From: a bacterium | Lineage (GTDB): Bacteria > Zhuqueibacterota > Zhuqueibacteria > Oceanimicrobiales > Oceanimicrobiaceae | Direction: 5' to 3' | NCBI GenBank assembly: GCA_037446635.1 | Contig: JBBIIG010000007.1 | Span: 14,395 to 67,663 of the forward strand | Length of the DNA stretch: 53,269 nt | Shown here: positions 18,082-27,484 of the stretch, piece after piece | Layout of the letters: each line of letters begins with the position of its first letter | How positions within the stretch are numbered: the stretch's first letter is position 1 | Position numbers and translations under genes: made by a program | Notes under the pieces: model-generated | What the model saw: only the letters and a program-made list of their open reading frames with translations | What the model was told of the DNA's origin: nothing | The model's database searches: none

Positions 18082-20040
18082 ATGTGTGGAATCGCTGGAA
18101 TTGTCAACTTTGATGGCCGCCCGGCATCCGAAGAGATGCTGCGCCGGATGACGGATATTCTCAGCCACCGCGGTCCGGACGATGACGGTTTTTATTTTGA
18201 TGGCAGCATCGGGCTCGGGCATCGCCGCCTGAGCATCATCGATCTCTCGGAAAAGGGCCATCAGCCCATGACCAATGAGGACGGCAGCGTTTGGATTACC
18301 TTCAACGGCGAGATTTACAATTATAAAAACATCAACCAGGTTTTGCTTCCCAAGGGCCATGCCTTCCGCAGCAACTGCGACACCGAAACCATCATTCATG
18401 CTTACGAGGAATTTGGCAGCGAGTGCGTCCACCAATTGCGCGGCATGTTTTCGTTCGCGCTTTGGGATAAGAAGCGAAAGAAACTTTTTGCTGCCGTCGA
18501 TCGCCTGCGCATCAAGCCGCTCTACTACGCCACGGTCGGCAGCACCTTCCTGTTTGCATCCGAGTTGAAATCACTGCTGGCCTCCGGTTTGGTGAAACCG
18601 ACTTTGAACTACGAAGCCATTCACCATTACCTCTCGCTGCAAGCCGTGCCGGTGCCGATGACGATCTACGAGGATGTTTACACGTTGCCGGGCGGACACT
18701 GTCTCGAAATCACAGACGGCCGCGTCAATGTTTCTCGCTATTGGGACATCCCGCAGCGCGAGCAGGATCCGGGATACGACGAGGATTATTATAAAAAACG
18801 TTTGCGCGAACTCTTGTTCGAGGCCGTGGAATTACGGCTGATGAGCGATGTGCCGCTGGGCGCGTTTCTGAGCGGCGGCATCGATTCCACCACCATTGTC
18901 GCCATTATGAGCCAGCTCATCAAAGAACCCGTGCGGACGTTCTCCATCGGATATGACGTGGGCGGATCTGATTACGACGACACCTATTACGCCAAACTAG
19001 TCTCTAAACAATTTCGCACGCAACATAAAGTGCGACACGTTGCCGCGGGCGACGTGCTGACCCATCTGCCCGATTTTCTCTATTATCTCGATCAGCCTTC
19101 GAGTGATGCCATCAACAGCTACTTCGTTTCGAAGCTTGCGGCCGAGGATGTGACCGTGGTGTTGTGCGGCCAGGGCGGCGACGAGCTTTTTGCCGGCTAT
19201 TCATCGTTTCGACTATTGCAAAAATTTATGGAACGCGACGCGCAATGGCAGCGGCTGCCCGCGCCGTTGCGAAACTCGCTCGCCGTTTCAGTGCAGAAGT
19301 TACCGAACGGGCTGCGCGGCATTTCCCCGGTTCAAAAAATGAATCGCTTCCTTGACGAGTATGGATCGTTTCTCAAAAAATACGCCCGCATCCGCATGGA
19401 ATTGTACGAGTCCGAGAAACGCAGCCTCTATTCCGAAACTTTCTCTGCGCAGCTCAACGGCGCCGACACCAACAAAATTTATGAGCGCTACTATCGCAAT
19501 CTTCCCAACGGAGTTGATGCGCTGAACAAAGTTTCTTACCTCGATCTCAAAACCCACCTGGGCGATATCTTGATGCGCGACGTCGATGTGATGAGCATGG
19601 CGTTTTCGCTCGAAACCCGCGTGCCGCTCATCGATCACAAGTTGGTGGAATTTGCCAGTGGCATTCCGGCCTCTCTAAAATTGAAGAATGGCAAGACCAA
19701 ACATATCTTCATCGAGAGCATTCGCGACCTGCTGCCAGCGGAAGTTGTCTCGCGCAAGAAACTGGGCTTCAACTTTCCATTTGCAATTTGGCTGCGCAAG
19801 GATTTGTATCCCCTGGTGGATTTTGTGTTGTCGCGCGAACATGTCGAAGCGCGTGGCTTCTTCCGCTACCCGGAAGTTGAAAAACTGAAGCGAATTTTCC
19901 TGCGCAGCAACATCACCTATCGCCGCGTGTGGGGATTAGTGCTGCTCGAATTGTGGCTGCGCGGCGTTCACGAAAACGATCGCCAGTTCATTGAAAAAGT
20001 TCAGAACATTACAAAATCGCATCATCGAATGACAACATAG
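18082..20040 (+). CDS. asnB: Asparagine synthase (glutamine-hydrolysing)-type amidotransferase, probably sugar amidation
   Basis: N-terminal MCGI, HRGPD, HRRLSIID, NGEIYN, LSGGIDS, GQGGDELFAGY, SLETRVP. Confidence 0.92.
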   Translation: MCGIAGIVNFDGRPASEEMLRRMTDILSHRGPDDDGFYFDGSIGLGHRRLSIIDLSEKGHQPMTNEDGSVWITFNGEIYNYKNINQVLLPKGHAFRSNCDTETIIHAYEEFGSECVHQLRGMFSFALWDKKRKKLFAAVDRLRIKPLYYATVGSTFLFASELKSLLASGLVKPTLNYEAIHHYLSLQAVPVPMTIYEDVYTLPGGHCLEITDGRVNVSRYWDIPQREQDPGYDEDYYKKRLRELLFEAVELRLMSDVPLGAFLSGGIDSTTIVAIMSQLIKEPVRTFSIGYDVGGSDYDDTYYAKLVSKQFRTQHKVRHVAAGDVLTHLPDFLYYLDQPSSDAINSYFVSKLAAEDVTVVLCGQGGDELFAGYSSFRLLQKFMERDAQWQRLPAPLRNSLAVSVQKLPNGLRGISPVQKMNRFLDEYGSFLKKYARIRMELYESEKRSLYSETFSAQLNGADTNKIYERYYRNLPNGVDALNKVSYLDLKTHLGDILMRDVDVMSMAFSLETRVPLIDHKLVEFASGIPASLKLKNGKTKHIFIESIRDLLPAEVVSRKKLGFNFPFAIWLRKDLYPLVDFVLSREHVEARGFFRYPEVEKLKRIFLRSNITYRRVWGLVLLELWLRGVHENDRQFIEKVQNITKSHHRMTT

Positions 20041-20048
20041 GGTACACC

Positions 20049-21452
20049 ATGGATATCGAACACGTTCTCGAAAACGGCAATTGTCATCAATGTGGATTCT
20101 GCGTCGGAGTTTGTCCCACCAACGCCATAACTTTGGAGCAGCATCCGCAAAAGGGACTGTTCCCGGTGTTTCATCGCCATGCCTGCACGGACTGCGATCT
20201 CTGTTACCTGGTCTGTCCCGGCGAGGAATTTGACTGGAATGCTTTGCAGAAAGACGTCTTCGGGACGGTGCCGTGCGATAAAGACTTGGGCTATGTGCGC
20301 GAGTTTTTGAGCGGCTATGCGCGCGCTACTGAAGTGCGGCGGCGCGGCGCCTCCGGCGGAATTGTGTCTGCGATTTTGATCGCGCTGCTGGAGCAGAAAA
20401 AAATCGACGGCGCGGTGGTGGTGAAAATGGACGAAGAAAAGCCGCTGCAACCAAAAGTTTATATCGCCAAAACCCGCGATGAAGTTTTGGCCGCGCAGCA
20501 GTCGAAATATTTGCCGGTGCCGACCGGCGAGATCATCAAGGAGATCATGAAACAGGATGGCCGCTACGCGCTGGTGGGGCTGCCGTGTCATTTACACGGC
20601 GTGCGATTGGCGCAGCAGAAAATGCCGCGGCTGAAAAAACGCATCGTGCTGCAGATTGGCTTGATTTGCGGCTTTCATCCCTCGTTCACCAACACGGTCT
20701 ATCTCACGCGCCGCGCCGGGGTTAAAGATTTTGATCAAATCAAAGAAATCCGTTATCGCGACGACACCTGGCCGGGCGGGTTCAACGTCATCAAAAAAGA
20801 TGGCAGCAATAACATGATTCATCCGGTGCAGGATTTCTTCTGGGCACATGCGGTATTCGAGCGCGTGCGCTGCGCCACCTGCACCGACGCCATGTCCGAG
20901 TTTGGCGATATTATCTGCGGCGATGAATGGCGCGGCGACGGCCTCGAACGACCGGATTACAAAGAAGGATGGTCCTACATTCTCACCCGCACGGAGGTTG
21001 GATCGCAGGTGGTCGCCGAGCTCGCGCGTGACGGCGTGCTTTACGTTGAACCTGTGCATCGCAACATCGTCAAGTTGGGGATGCTGCCGACCATCAATCT
21101 CAAAAAGAAGATTGCTTATGCCTACATTCGCATCCGAAAGTTTTTGGGGCTCGCGGTGCCGAACTACCACAGCCTGGAGCCTCACACTCCGATTAAATTC
21201 AAACACTACCTCGGCGCTGGCATCATCATGGTGGTCTCTCGACTTTTTGAGAACAGACTGATTAACACTCTGTTTCTGCACGTGCCCACCAAAATTATGA
21301 AGCAGTATCTGCGGGTGCTGTACAAGTGCATGTGCGATAAAGAAGAGTTGGCAAATCTCAAAGATCCCAACTTCTGCGAAGTGCCGACACTGGAGGCGGT
21401 CATCCGCGATAATAAAAAGACTTTGCACTTGCAGCCGGAAAGAGTCAGTTGA
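20049..21452 (+). CDS. Coenzyme F420 hydrogenase/dehydrogenase beta-subunit family protein with 4Fe-4S ferredoxin domain
   Basis: CHQCGFCVGVCP and CTDCDLCYLVCP; ASGGIVS, QSKY, VGLPCH, IGLICG, C.TCTD...GDI.CGD.W. Confidence 0.85.
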   Translation: MDIEHVLENGNCHQCGFCVGVCPTNAITLEQHPQKGLFPVFHRHACTDCDLCYLVCPGEEFDWNALQKDVFGTVPCDKDLGYVREFLSGYARATEVRRRGASGGIVSAILIALLEQKKIDGAVVVKMDEEKPLQPKVYIAKTRDEVLAAQQSKYLPVPTGEIIKEIMKQDGRYALVGLPCHLHGVRLAQQKMPRLKKRIVLQIGLICGFHPSFTNTVYLTRRAGVKDFDQIKEIRYRDDTWPGGFNVIKKDGSNNMIHPVQDFFWAHAVFERVRCATCTDAMSEFGDIICGDEWRGDGLERPDYKEGWSYILTRTEVGSQVVAELARDGVLYVEPVHRNIVKLGMLPTINLKKKIAYAYIRIRKFLGLAVPNYHSLEPHTPIKFKHYLGAGIIMVVSRLFENRLINTLFLHVPTKIMKQYLRVLYKCMCDKEELANLKDPNFCEVPTLEAVIRDNKKTLHLQPERVS

Positions 21453-21589
21453 TATCCTGAAGGCAATCGACTATTCGGTGTGCGTTTTCGGCAAACGGAG
21501 GAAATGCAGATTCTGCGTTTCTCCAAGGTATTTGCTCAAATCATTAGTGAGGATTGAATAGAAATCAGGTCGGCTGATTTTTTTGGACG

Positions 21590-23419
21590 ATGAGTTTTTA
21601 TTTAGACATTGCTGCCGGACTATGGTCATGGTTAGCGGATTTACAAATAAAGCAAAGGGCGATTTCCACAAAACTTGTCGATGGCGAGTTTTGTTATGAA
21701 TTGGAACATCCGCTGCAAGGGAAAGTTGTAGTTCGCCAAAAAATTGAAAACAATGATATCATCTCTGCACACGGAATTGCGCTGCGACGGAGCGAGCGCG
21801 ATTCCGCTTGGATCGAAGTCTTCGACGCCGGCGGCATCTTCGATCCCATCGACGGCCGCGTGCAAGGCGAGCATTATAGCACTACGCATTTTGCGTTGCT
21901 GAGCGCGATTTTATTTTCCGAAACCAGGGATGAAAAATATCTCACTGCCGCCAAACAGGCGATCGAATTTCATCTCCGCACTTCACCCACGGAATACGCC
22001 CCTATCTCCGCGTGGATGTATCACTGGGATTTTCAGAATTACGCGTTTATACTAAGCTATCGCTTGGTGAAAGATTATCTCCCCGCTAATGAGCGCGCGG
22101 CATGGGAACGCGGCATTTTGGCCATGAAAACGAATCATAAAAATAAACTCACCAATTGGGCAGCGATGCGGGCGTGGGCTTTTGCAGAGCGCGCGCAGTT
22201 ATTTGGCCGCCGAATCGATAATTTGCGGAGGCGCCGGAATCTGCGCGATGTTAAAAAGGCACGCCACCGCGATGGCTGTTTCGATGATGACTGCAATCGC
22301 AGCCGGCCGCTGCAGTATCATCTTTTCACGATCGCGATTTTGCATCGCCTGTGGCTGCTTAACAAAAATGCGACGCTCAAGCAGTGGATTGAATCCGGCG
22401 TCGACTATTTTCTGCCATTCATCGATCCCGAAGGCGATTTCAATTACCTCGGCCGCGGGCAGGAACAAATTTTCGGTTCCGCTGCCGCCATTTATGTTTT
22501 GGAAGCGGCTTACCAAATGAATGGCAACGTTGAGATGCTGCGGCTGGCGCGGCTCGTCGCGCAGCATCTTTTGCAGTTCAGACGCGGGAATTACTTTCCG
22601 CTGGTTTTAAATGATCGCCCGGATGATGAGCGCGGCGGCTGGTACGATTATCATCACCTCACCGTTTACAATGCTTTCCTCGGCGCATGGCTGGGGCTTG
22701 CCCATTTGCTGAAAAACCCGCAGGTTGATGAAGCGCCAAAACCTCGGCGCTATTTCAATTTTTCGGAGCCCACGCGGGTGGCCGCCGTTTCCAAGGAAAA
22801 CTATTTCGCAGCGTTTTATGGCGGGCTGCCGGAGTACCTCACCGAGGCCGGCGTGACGCCCTATCATCTTTGGTGGCGGGATTTTGGCGTGGTGTTTTCC
22901 TGTCCGGGCGCGCCCTCTCCCGAAAGATTCAGCCGGTTCAGTCCCAAAGGCGGCGAGCAGAATTTTTTTTCGCCCATTGCTACAAACGGCACAGGGTGGA
23001 TTATCCCGGCGGGCAAAACCTCCGACCGATTTTTGTTGAAGGACGATCAAATTGACATCGAATATGACTGCGGTGGGTTCGCAATCCATCGCCGCGTCTC
23101 ATTTGGTGACAACTCACTGCACTTCAGCGATGCGATTCGTTTTACCGCAGCACGCAAATTTGATGAATTTCGGCTTTTCAATTTTCCAATTTTAGCCGAT
23201 AAAATTAACATCACGATTCTCGATCATCACCACGCGTTATTAGAACAAAACAATTGCTCACTGCTGCTGGAATTGGAGGGCGGGGAGGGCGTTTTCGAGT
23301 TGCTCGACGCCTTCTCCGGCGCGCGCGGCAGGTTGCGCCCGTTGGTCAAACGCCAATTGCATTTTGAAGCGCGCCGCGGGCAAAAGCTCGACGTGAAGTT
23401 TAATTTTCGAATGGTTTAA
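21590..23419 (+). CDS. Hypothetical protein, possibly alpha/alpha-toroid carbohydrate-active enzyme
   Basis: 609-aa ORF co-oriented in the operon; helical repeats with His/Tyr-rich motifs (LQYHLF, YLGRGQEQIFG, WYDYHH) and a beta-rich C-terminus. Confidence 0.55.
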   Translation: MSFYLDIAAGLWSWLADLQIKQRAISTKLVDGEFCYELEHPLQGKVVVRQKIENNDIISAHGIALRRSERDSAWIEVFDAGGIFDPIDGRVQGEHYSTTHFALLSAILFSETRDEKYLTAAKQAIEFHLRTSPTEYAPISAWMYHWDFQNYAFILSYRLVKDYLPANERAAWERGILAMKTNHKNKLTNWAAMRAWAFAERAQLFGRRIDNLRRRRNLRDVKKARHRDGCFDDDCNRSRPLQYHLFTIAILHRLWLLNKNATLKQWIESGVDYFLPFIDPEGDFNYLGRGQEQIFGSAAAIYVLEAAYQMNGNVEMLRLARLVAQHLLQFRRGNYFPLVLNDRPDDERGGWYDYHHLTVYNAFLGAWLGLAHLLKNPQVDEAPKPRRYFNFSEPTRVAAVSKENYFAAFYGGLPEYLTEAGVTPYHLWWRDFGVVFSCPGAPSPERFSRFSPKGGEQNFFSPIATNGTGWIIPAGKTSDRFLLKDDQIDIEYDCGGFAIHRRVSFGDNSLHFSDAIRFTAARKFDEFRLFNFPILADKINITILDHHHALLEQNNCSLLLELEGGEGVFELLDAFSGARGRLRPLVKRQLHFEARRGQKLDVKFNFRMV

Positions 23420-23424
23420 CGCGC

Positions 23425-24627
23425 ATGGCGCGGCAGCAATTGAAAATTGTCTATTTGAATTATTTGTACGATCCGCATGACAGTTCCGTCGGCGCGGCCG
23501 TGCACGTGCGCGAGTTTGTGCGCGCCGCTGAAGAAACAGGCGCGCAGGTGAAATCGTTCGACATGAACAAGTTTACTTTGAATGGCGGCGCGCAGCCTTC
23601 GCCAACGCGCTCGTGGCTGAAGAAAAAGTTGTCGCGTTATCTCAACGAACCCAACGCCCTGCTATCGAACATCGGTTACTTTTTTCGCGAATTGAAAATC
23701 GTTGCGCGCGAAAATCCGGACGCTTTGTTGGTGCGTTACAATCTGCTCAACGTGTCGGCCGCGCTGATCGCCAGGCTGAAACGCATCCCGATGATACTCG
23801 AAGTGAACGCGCCGATGGCGCTGGAGAATCGAAAATTCAATCGCCGCGTGTGGCATTTGCCGTGGATACCGGAATGGATTGAGCGCATTAATTTGCGGCT
23901 GGCTGAACGGGTGATCACGGTTTCAAAAATTCTGAAGGATCATTTTGTGCAAGCTGGAGTGAACCCCCGCAAAATTCACGTGGTGCCGAACGGGGTCAAC
24001 GTCGAGGCCTTCCATCCGCATGTTGATGGCCGCGTTTTGCGCCAGCAATTGGGATTTGAAGATGCAGTAGTCATTGGTTTTGTCGGTTCGTTCCACTACT
24101 GGCATGGCGTCGAGCAGCTCGAGGATTTTGTCAAACACTTGGCGCAGAAATATCAATCCGTGCGGTTTCTATTCGTCGGCAGCGGCCCGCTGAAAGATGA
24201 ATGCGAAGCGGCCATGAAGCAGAACGGACTGCAAGCGCGCGTGCATTTTGCCGGCTATGTGCCATACGAGCAGGTGCCGCAGTACCTGGCGGCGATGGAC
24301 ATCGCGCTGGCGCCGTATCCGCAAATGGATTTGTTCTATTTTTCGCCGCTGAAATTGTTTGAATACATGGCGGCTGGCAAAGCCGTGGTGGCGAGTCGCG
24401 TGGGGCAAATTGCTGAGTTGGTGGAAGATGGCGAAAACGGCTTATTGTTTGCGCCGGGAAATTTTGAAGAGTTGCTAGCGAAAACTTCGCAACTCGTTGA
24501 AGAAAGTGATTTGCGAGCTCGCCTGGCGCGAAACGCGCGCGCCACGATTTTAAAACAATACACCTGGCAAAAGAACGCCGAGCAGATTTTGAACATCATC
24601 AACAGCAGTTTGAACGGTAAACATTAA
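23425..24627 (+). CDS. Glycosyltransferase family 4
   Basis: VVPNGV, GFVGSFHYWHG, SPLKLFEYMAAGKAVVAS. Confidence 0.9.
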   Translation: MARQQLKIVYLNYLYDPHDSSVGAAVHVREFVRAAEETGAQVKSFDMNKFTLNGGAQPSPTRSWLKKKLSRYLNEPNALLSNIGYFFRELKIVARENPDALLVRYNLLNVSAALIARLKRIPMILEVNAPMALENRKFNRRVWHLPWIPEWIERINLRLAERVITVSKILKDHFVQAGVNPRKIHVVPNGVNVEAFHPHVDGRVLRQQLGFEDAVVIGFVGSFHYWHGVEQLEDFVKHLAQKYQSVRFLFVGSGPLKDECEAAMKQNGLQARVHFAGYVPYEQVPQYLAAMDIALAPYPQMDLFYFSPLKLFEYMAAGKAVVASRVGQIAELVEDGENGLLFAPGNFEELLAKTSQLVEESDLRARLARNARATILKQYTWQKNAEQILNIINSSLNGKH

Positions 24628-24643
24628 CAGAACGGGTCAAAGT

Positions 24644-25651
24644 ATGTTAGAGAAAAATTTGGAAACGTATTGGTCGCAGTTTACTTCACTTCTCAAAAAA
24701 GAAGACCAGAATGGTTATCCGGAATTTTTTTATTACTACTGCCGGCACATTCTCGACAAAAACGTTTTTGAAAAACACGTGCTGAACATCAAATACATGT
24801 TTGGTTTGACCAAGCGTCCCGTTCGCGATGCGGTGATTTTGGACGTCGGCTGCGGCTTTGGTATCGACAGCCTGATCATGGCTGGCTTGGGCGCGCGCGA
24901 AGTCTGCGGCATCGATGTGAATCCCTCGTGGGTGGAGAGCATCGAAAAATATATGCGTGAGTTGAATTGGAACTTGCCCATCAAAGTGAAGGTCGCAGAC
25001 GCCGCCAAACTGCCTTATCCCGACAACACGTTTGATTTCTTAATTTCGGTAGAGGCGATTTCACATTATCGCAACGTCGAAGGTTTCTTCAGTGAAGCCC
25101 ATCGCGTGCTTAAGCCGGGAGGGATGCTGATCGTATCCGACGCCAACAACGGCGCCAACCCGTTCATCCGCCGCAGAACCGATGACATTTGGCAGCGCTT
25201 CGAGTTCGGTCCGCCCACTGCTTCCTTTCATGGGCATCGCATTCAAAAATCGTTTCGCGACATGCGGCGCGAGATCATTGTGAAGGACTTTCCGCACCTG
25301 AAGGAAGCAGAGGTAGAAAAGTTGGTGGACAACACGTTCGCCATGGGCAGCGAGGAAGTCAAAAAAGCGGCGGCGCGTTATCTCAAAGATGGCGTGCTTC
25401 CCACGCGCCGGTTCCAACGCGGCGTGCCGGCATTCAACCCGGTGATGAACGATTACATTGAGCGAGTTTTCGATCCGATCGAGTTGGCGCAGCAGATGCG
25501 CGCCATCGGTTTCAAAGTGAAGGTACACGCGCATTTCGGCGGCGCCGGCAGAAAAGATTTCATTGGTTTGACGAATTCTTTTCTGCGGTTGTTTTCGCCT
25601 ATCACCATTTACGCCGCGCGCGTTTACAAAATCGTTGCTGCCAAGTCGTAA
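24644..25651 (+). CDS. Class I SAM-dependent methyltransferase
   Basis: ILDVGCGFG, LPYPDNTFD, RVLKPGG. Confidence 0.88.
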   Translation: MLEKNLETYWSQFTSLLKKEDQNGYPEFFYYYCRHILDKNVFEKHVLNIKYMFGLTKRPVRDAVILDVGCGFGIDSLIMAGLGAREVCGIDVNPSWVESIEKYMRELNWNLPIKVKVADAAKLPYPDNTFDFLISVEAISHYRNVEGFFSEAHRVLKPGGMLIVSDANNGANPFIRRRTDDIWQRFEFGPPTASFHGHRIQKSFRDMRREIIVKDFPHLKEAEVEKLVDNTFAMGSEEVKKAAARYLKDGVLPTRRFQRGVPAFNPVMNDYIERVFDPIELAQQMRAIGFKVKVHAHFGGAGRKDFIGLTNSFLRLFSPITIYAARVYKIVAAKS

Positions 25652-25672
25652 CCAGTTTTAACAAGGAGTGAC

Positions 25673-27466
25673 ATGATGGAACATATCAAACTTCGATTTA
25701 CCTCGAGCGCATTTGCCTGCGCGAACGTTGTTTTAATGACGGCTGCTCTTATCAGTTTTTCGCCGCCGCAGCTTTGCGCCCAGGGCGGGCATCCGTATCC
25801 GCGCATCGGCACGTTTCATTTCGGCCCAGGCGCGCCGGCGGAGTGGTACGCTAAATTTGATCTCGTCATTTTTCGCAAAGAGAATTCAAACTTTGTGCAA
25901 AAGATCAAGAGCTTGAATCCAAAAGTGATGATCTTTCCCACGCGCGATTGGAATCGCGGCGCGCAAATTGACCCGATGCCAGAAGAATGGATTCCTGTGA
26001 ATTCCAGAGGACAGAAGATCAACATCTACAGCTCGACCTCATGGTACACGATCGACTTTTCCGACTACTGCCCGCGCTCGTCGCGCTACGGCAACAAACG
26101 CTTCAACGAATATTTGCCGGAGTATCTCCTTAACACGCACGATCTTTCGGTACTCGACGGCATCGCCACCGACGGACTGTGGATTACGCCGCGCGAGGCC
26201 AACGGCGACATCGATCTCGATCGCAATGGCCGCAACGATTTTGAAGAACACGGTGAGGCCTGGGTCAACCAAGTTTGGGGAGATGGCGTCGCCAAAGTGT
26301 TCACGGCCCTGCGCGCCGGTATGCCGAACAACAAAATGCTGATCATCAACTCTGGCGGTTTTCACGATTGGCATTGGGAGGAAAGCAACGGCCTGATTTT
26401 GGAAAATTTCAATCGCATGATCGACTTCGATTGGTTCAGCCGCATGTACGATAATTTTATGCGCGATGCGCGCGCGCCGCACGCATTGATGGTCGATGCC
26501 ATCGCCTTTGATAAAAATGATTTTACCACCATGCGCTTCATGCTTGGCCTTACGCTCTATGGCGATGGTTATCTTGGGTTCACCGAAGATAATTTGCACA
26601 ACTACCATTTTTTCTATGATGAGTTTGAGGTACAGCTTGGCTTCCCTCGCGGCGCAATGGAACAGTTGAAATCCACCGGATCAAAGAAGCGCGGGGTGTG
26701 GGCGCGATTTTTCGACAACGGCGCGGTCATCGTCAACTTGGATGACAAGTCCAATTCCGTTTCGGATGCCGAGCTGCGCAGCCTCTCCGGTTATGCTGGA
26801 CCGTATTACCGATTTCTCGGCGGACAAAATCCGGCGTTTAATAACGGTGCCCGTTTTGATCAAATTACATTAGCCGGCGAAGTCAACCGTAACGGCTACG
26901 TCGGCGATGCGATCTTACTTGTCAAAACTCCGGCCACGATCGTCACCGACATTTTTATCGACAGCGACAACGAAGGCACTTCGCCAACTTGCGAGCCAGC
27001 CAAATTTGTTGGCGCCTGGCAGCAAGTCAACAATTCCAACGAAGACGCGTGGAGTTTGAATTACAAAGATTGGAAAGACATTTGGGCGATGGCGGTTTCG
27101 GCGCCCGGCAAAGGCGAGAATACAGCGACCTTCACGCCCAACATCACCGTCGCGGGTTCTTATGAAGTGTTCGAATGGCACGGCACGCCGGACGGCCAGT
27201 CGGCCTCCAATGTGCCGCATATCATCAAAGTGAATAACACTGAGAAAACTGTCATCGTCGATCAGACGCGGCGGCGGGCGCAGTGGAACAGCCTCGGAGT
27301 TTACAATTTTCCCAAAGGCAAAAGCAGCCAGGTGATCATCACCAACAACGCCAATGGCGCGGTCGTGGCCGATGCCATCCGTTTTCAGTACCGCAGCGGC
27401 GGCGCGCCGATCTCGGATACAACTCCGCCCAATGCACCCTCCGGCGTGAAGGCCGCGGCGAATTAA
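25673..27466 (+). CDS. Secreted putative glycoside hydrolase (TIM-barrel-like) with a C-terminal golvesin/xanthan-lyase-type CBM-like domain
   Basis: Signal-like N-terminus ending CAQ; DGIATDG, WARFFDNGAVIVN; C-terminal GSYEVFEW...VDQ...WNSLG.YNF...VVADAIRF. Confidence 0.6.
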   Translation: MMEHIKLRFTSSAFACANVVLMTAALISFSPPQLCAQGGHPYPRIGTFHFGPGAPAEWYAKFDLVIFRKENSNFVQKIKSLNPKVMIFPTRDWNRGAQIDPMPEEWIPVNSRGQKINIYSSTSWYTIDFSDYCPRSSRYGNKRFNEYLPEYLLNTHDLSVLDGIATDGLWITPREANGDIDLDRNGRNDFEEHGEAWVNQVWGDGVAKVFTALRAGMPNNKMLIINSGGFHDWHWEESNGLILENFNRMIDFDWFSRMYDNFMRDARAPHALMVDAIAFDKNDFTTMRFMLGLTLYGDGYLGFTEDNLHNYHFFYDEFEVQLGFPRGAMEQLKSTGSKKRGVWARFFDNGAVIVNLDDKSNSVSDAELRSLSGYAGPYYRFLGGQNPAFNNGARFDQITLAGEVNRNGYVGDAILLVKTPATIVTDIFIDSDNEGTSPTCEPAKFVGAWQQVNNSNEDAWSLNYKDWKDIWAMAVSAPGKGENTATFTPNITVAGSYEVFEWHGTPDGQSASNVPHIIKVNNTEKTVIVDQTRRRAQWNSLGVYNFPKGKSSQVIITNNANGAVVADAIRFQYRSGGAPISDTTPPNAPSGVKAAAN

Positions 27467-27484
27467 TCTGCCAACACTTCGGCG

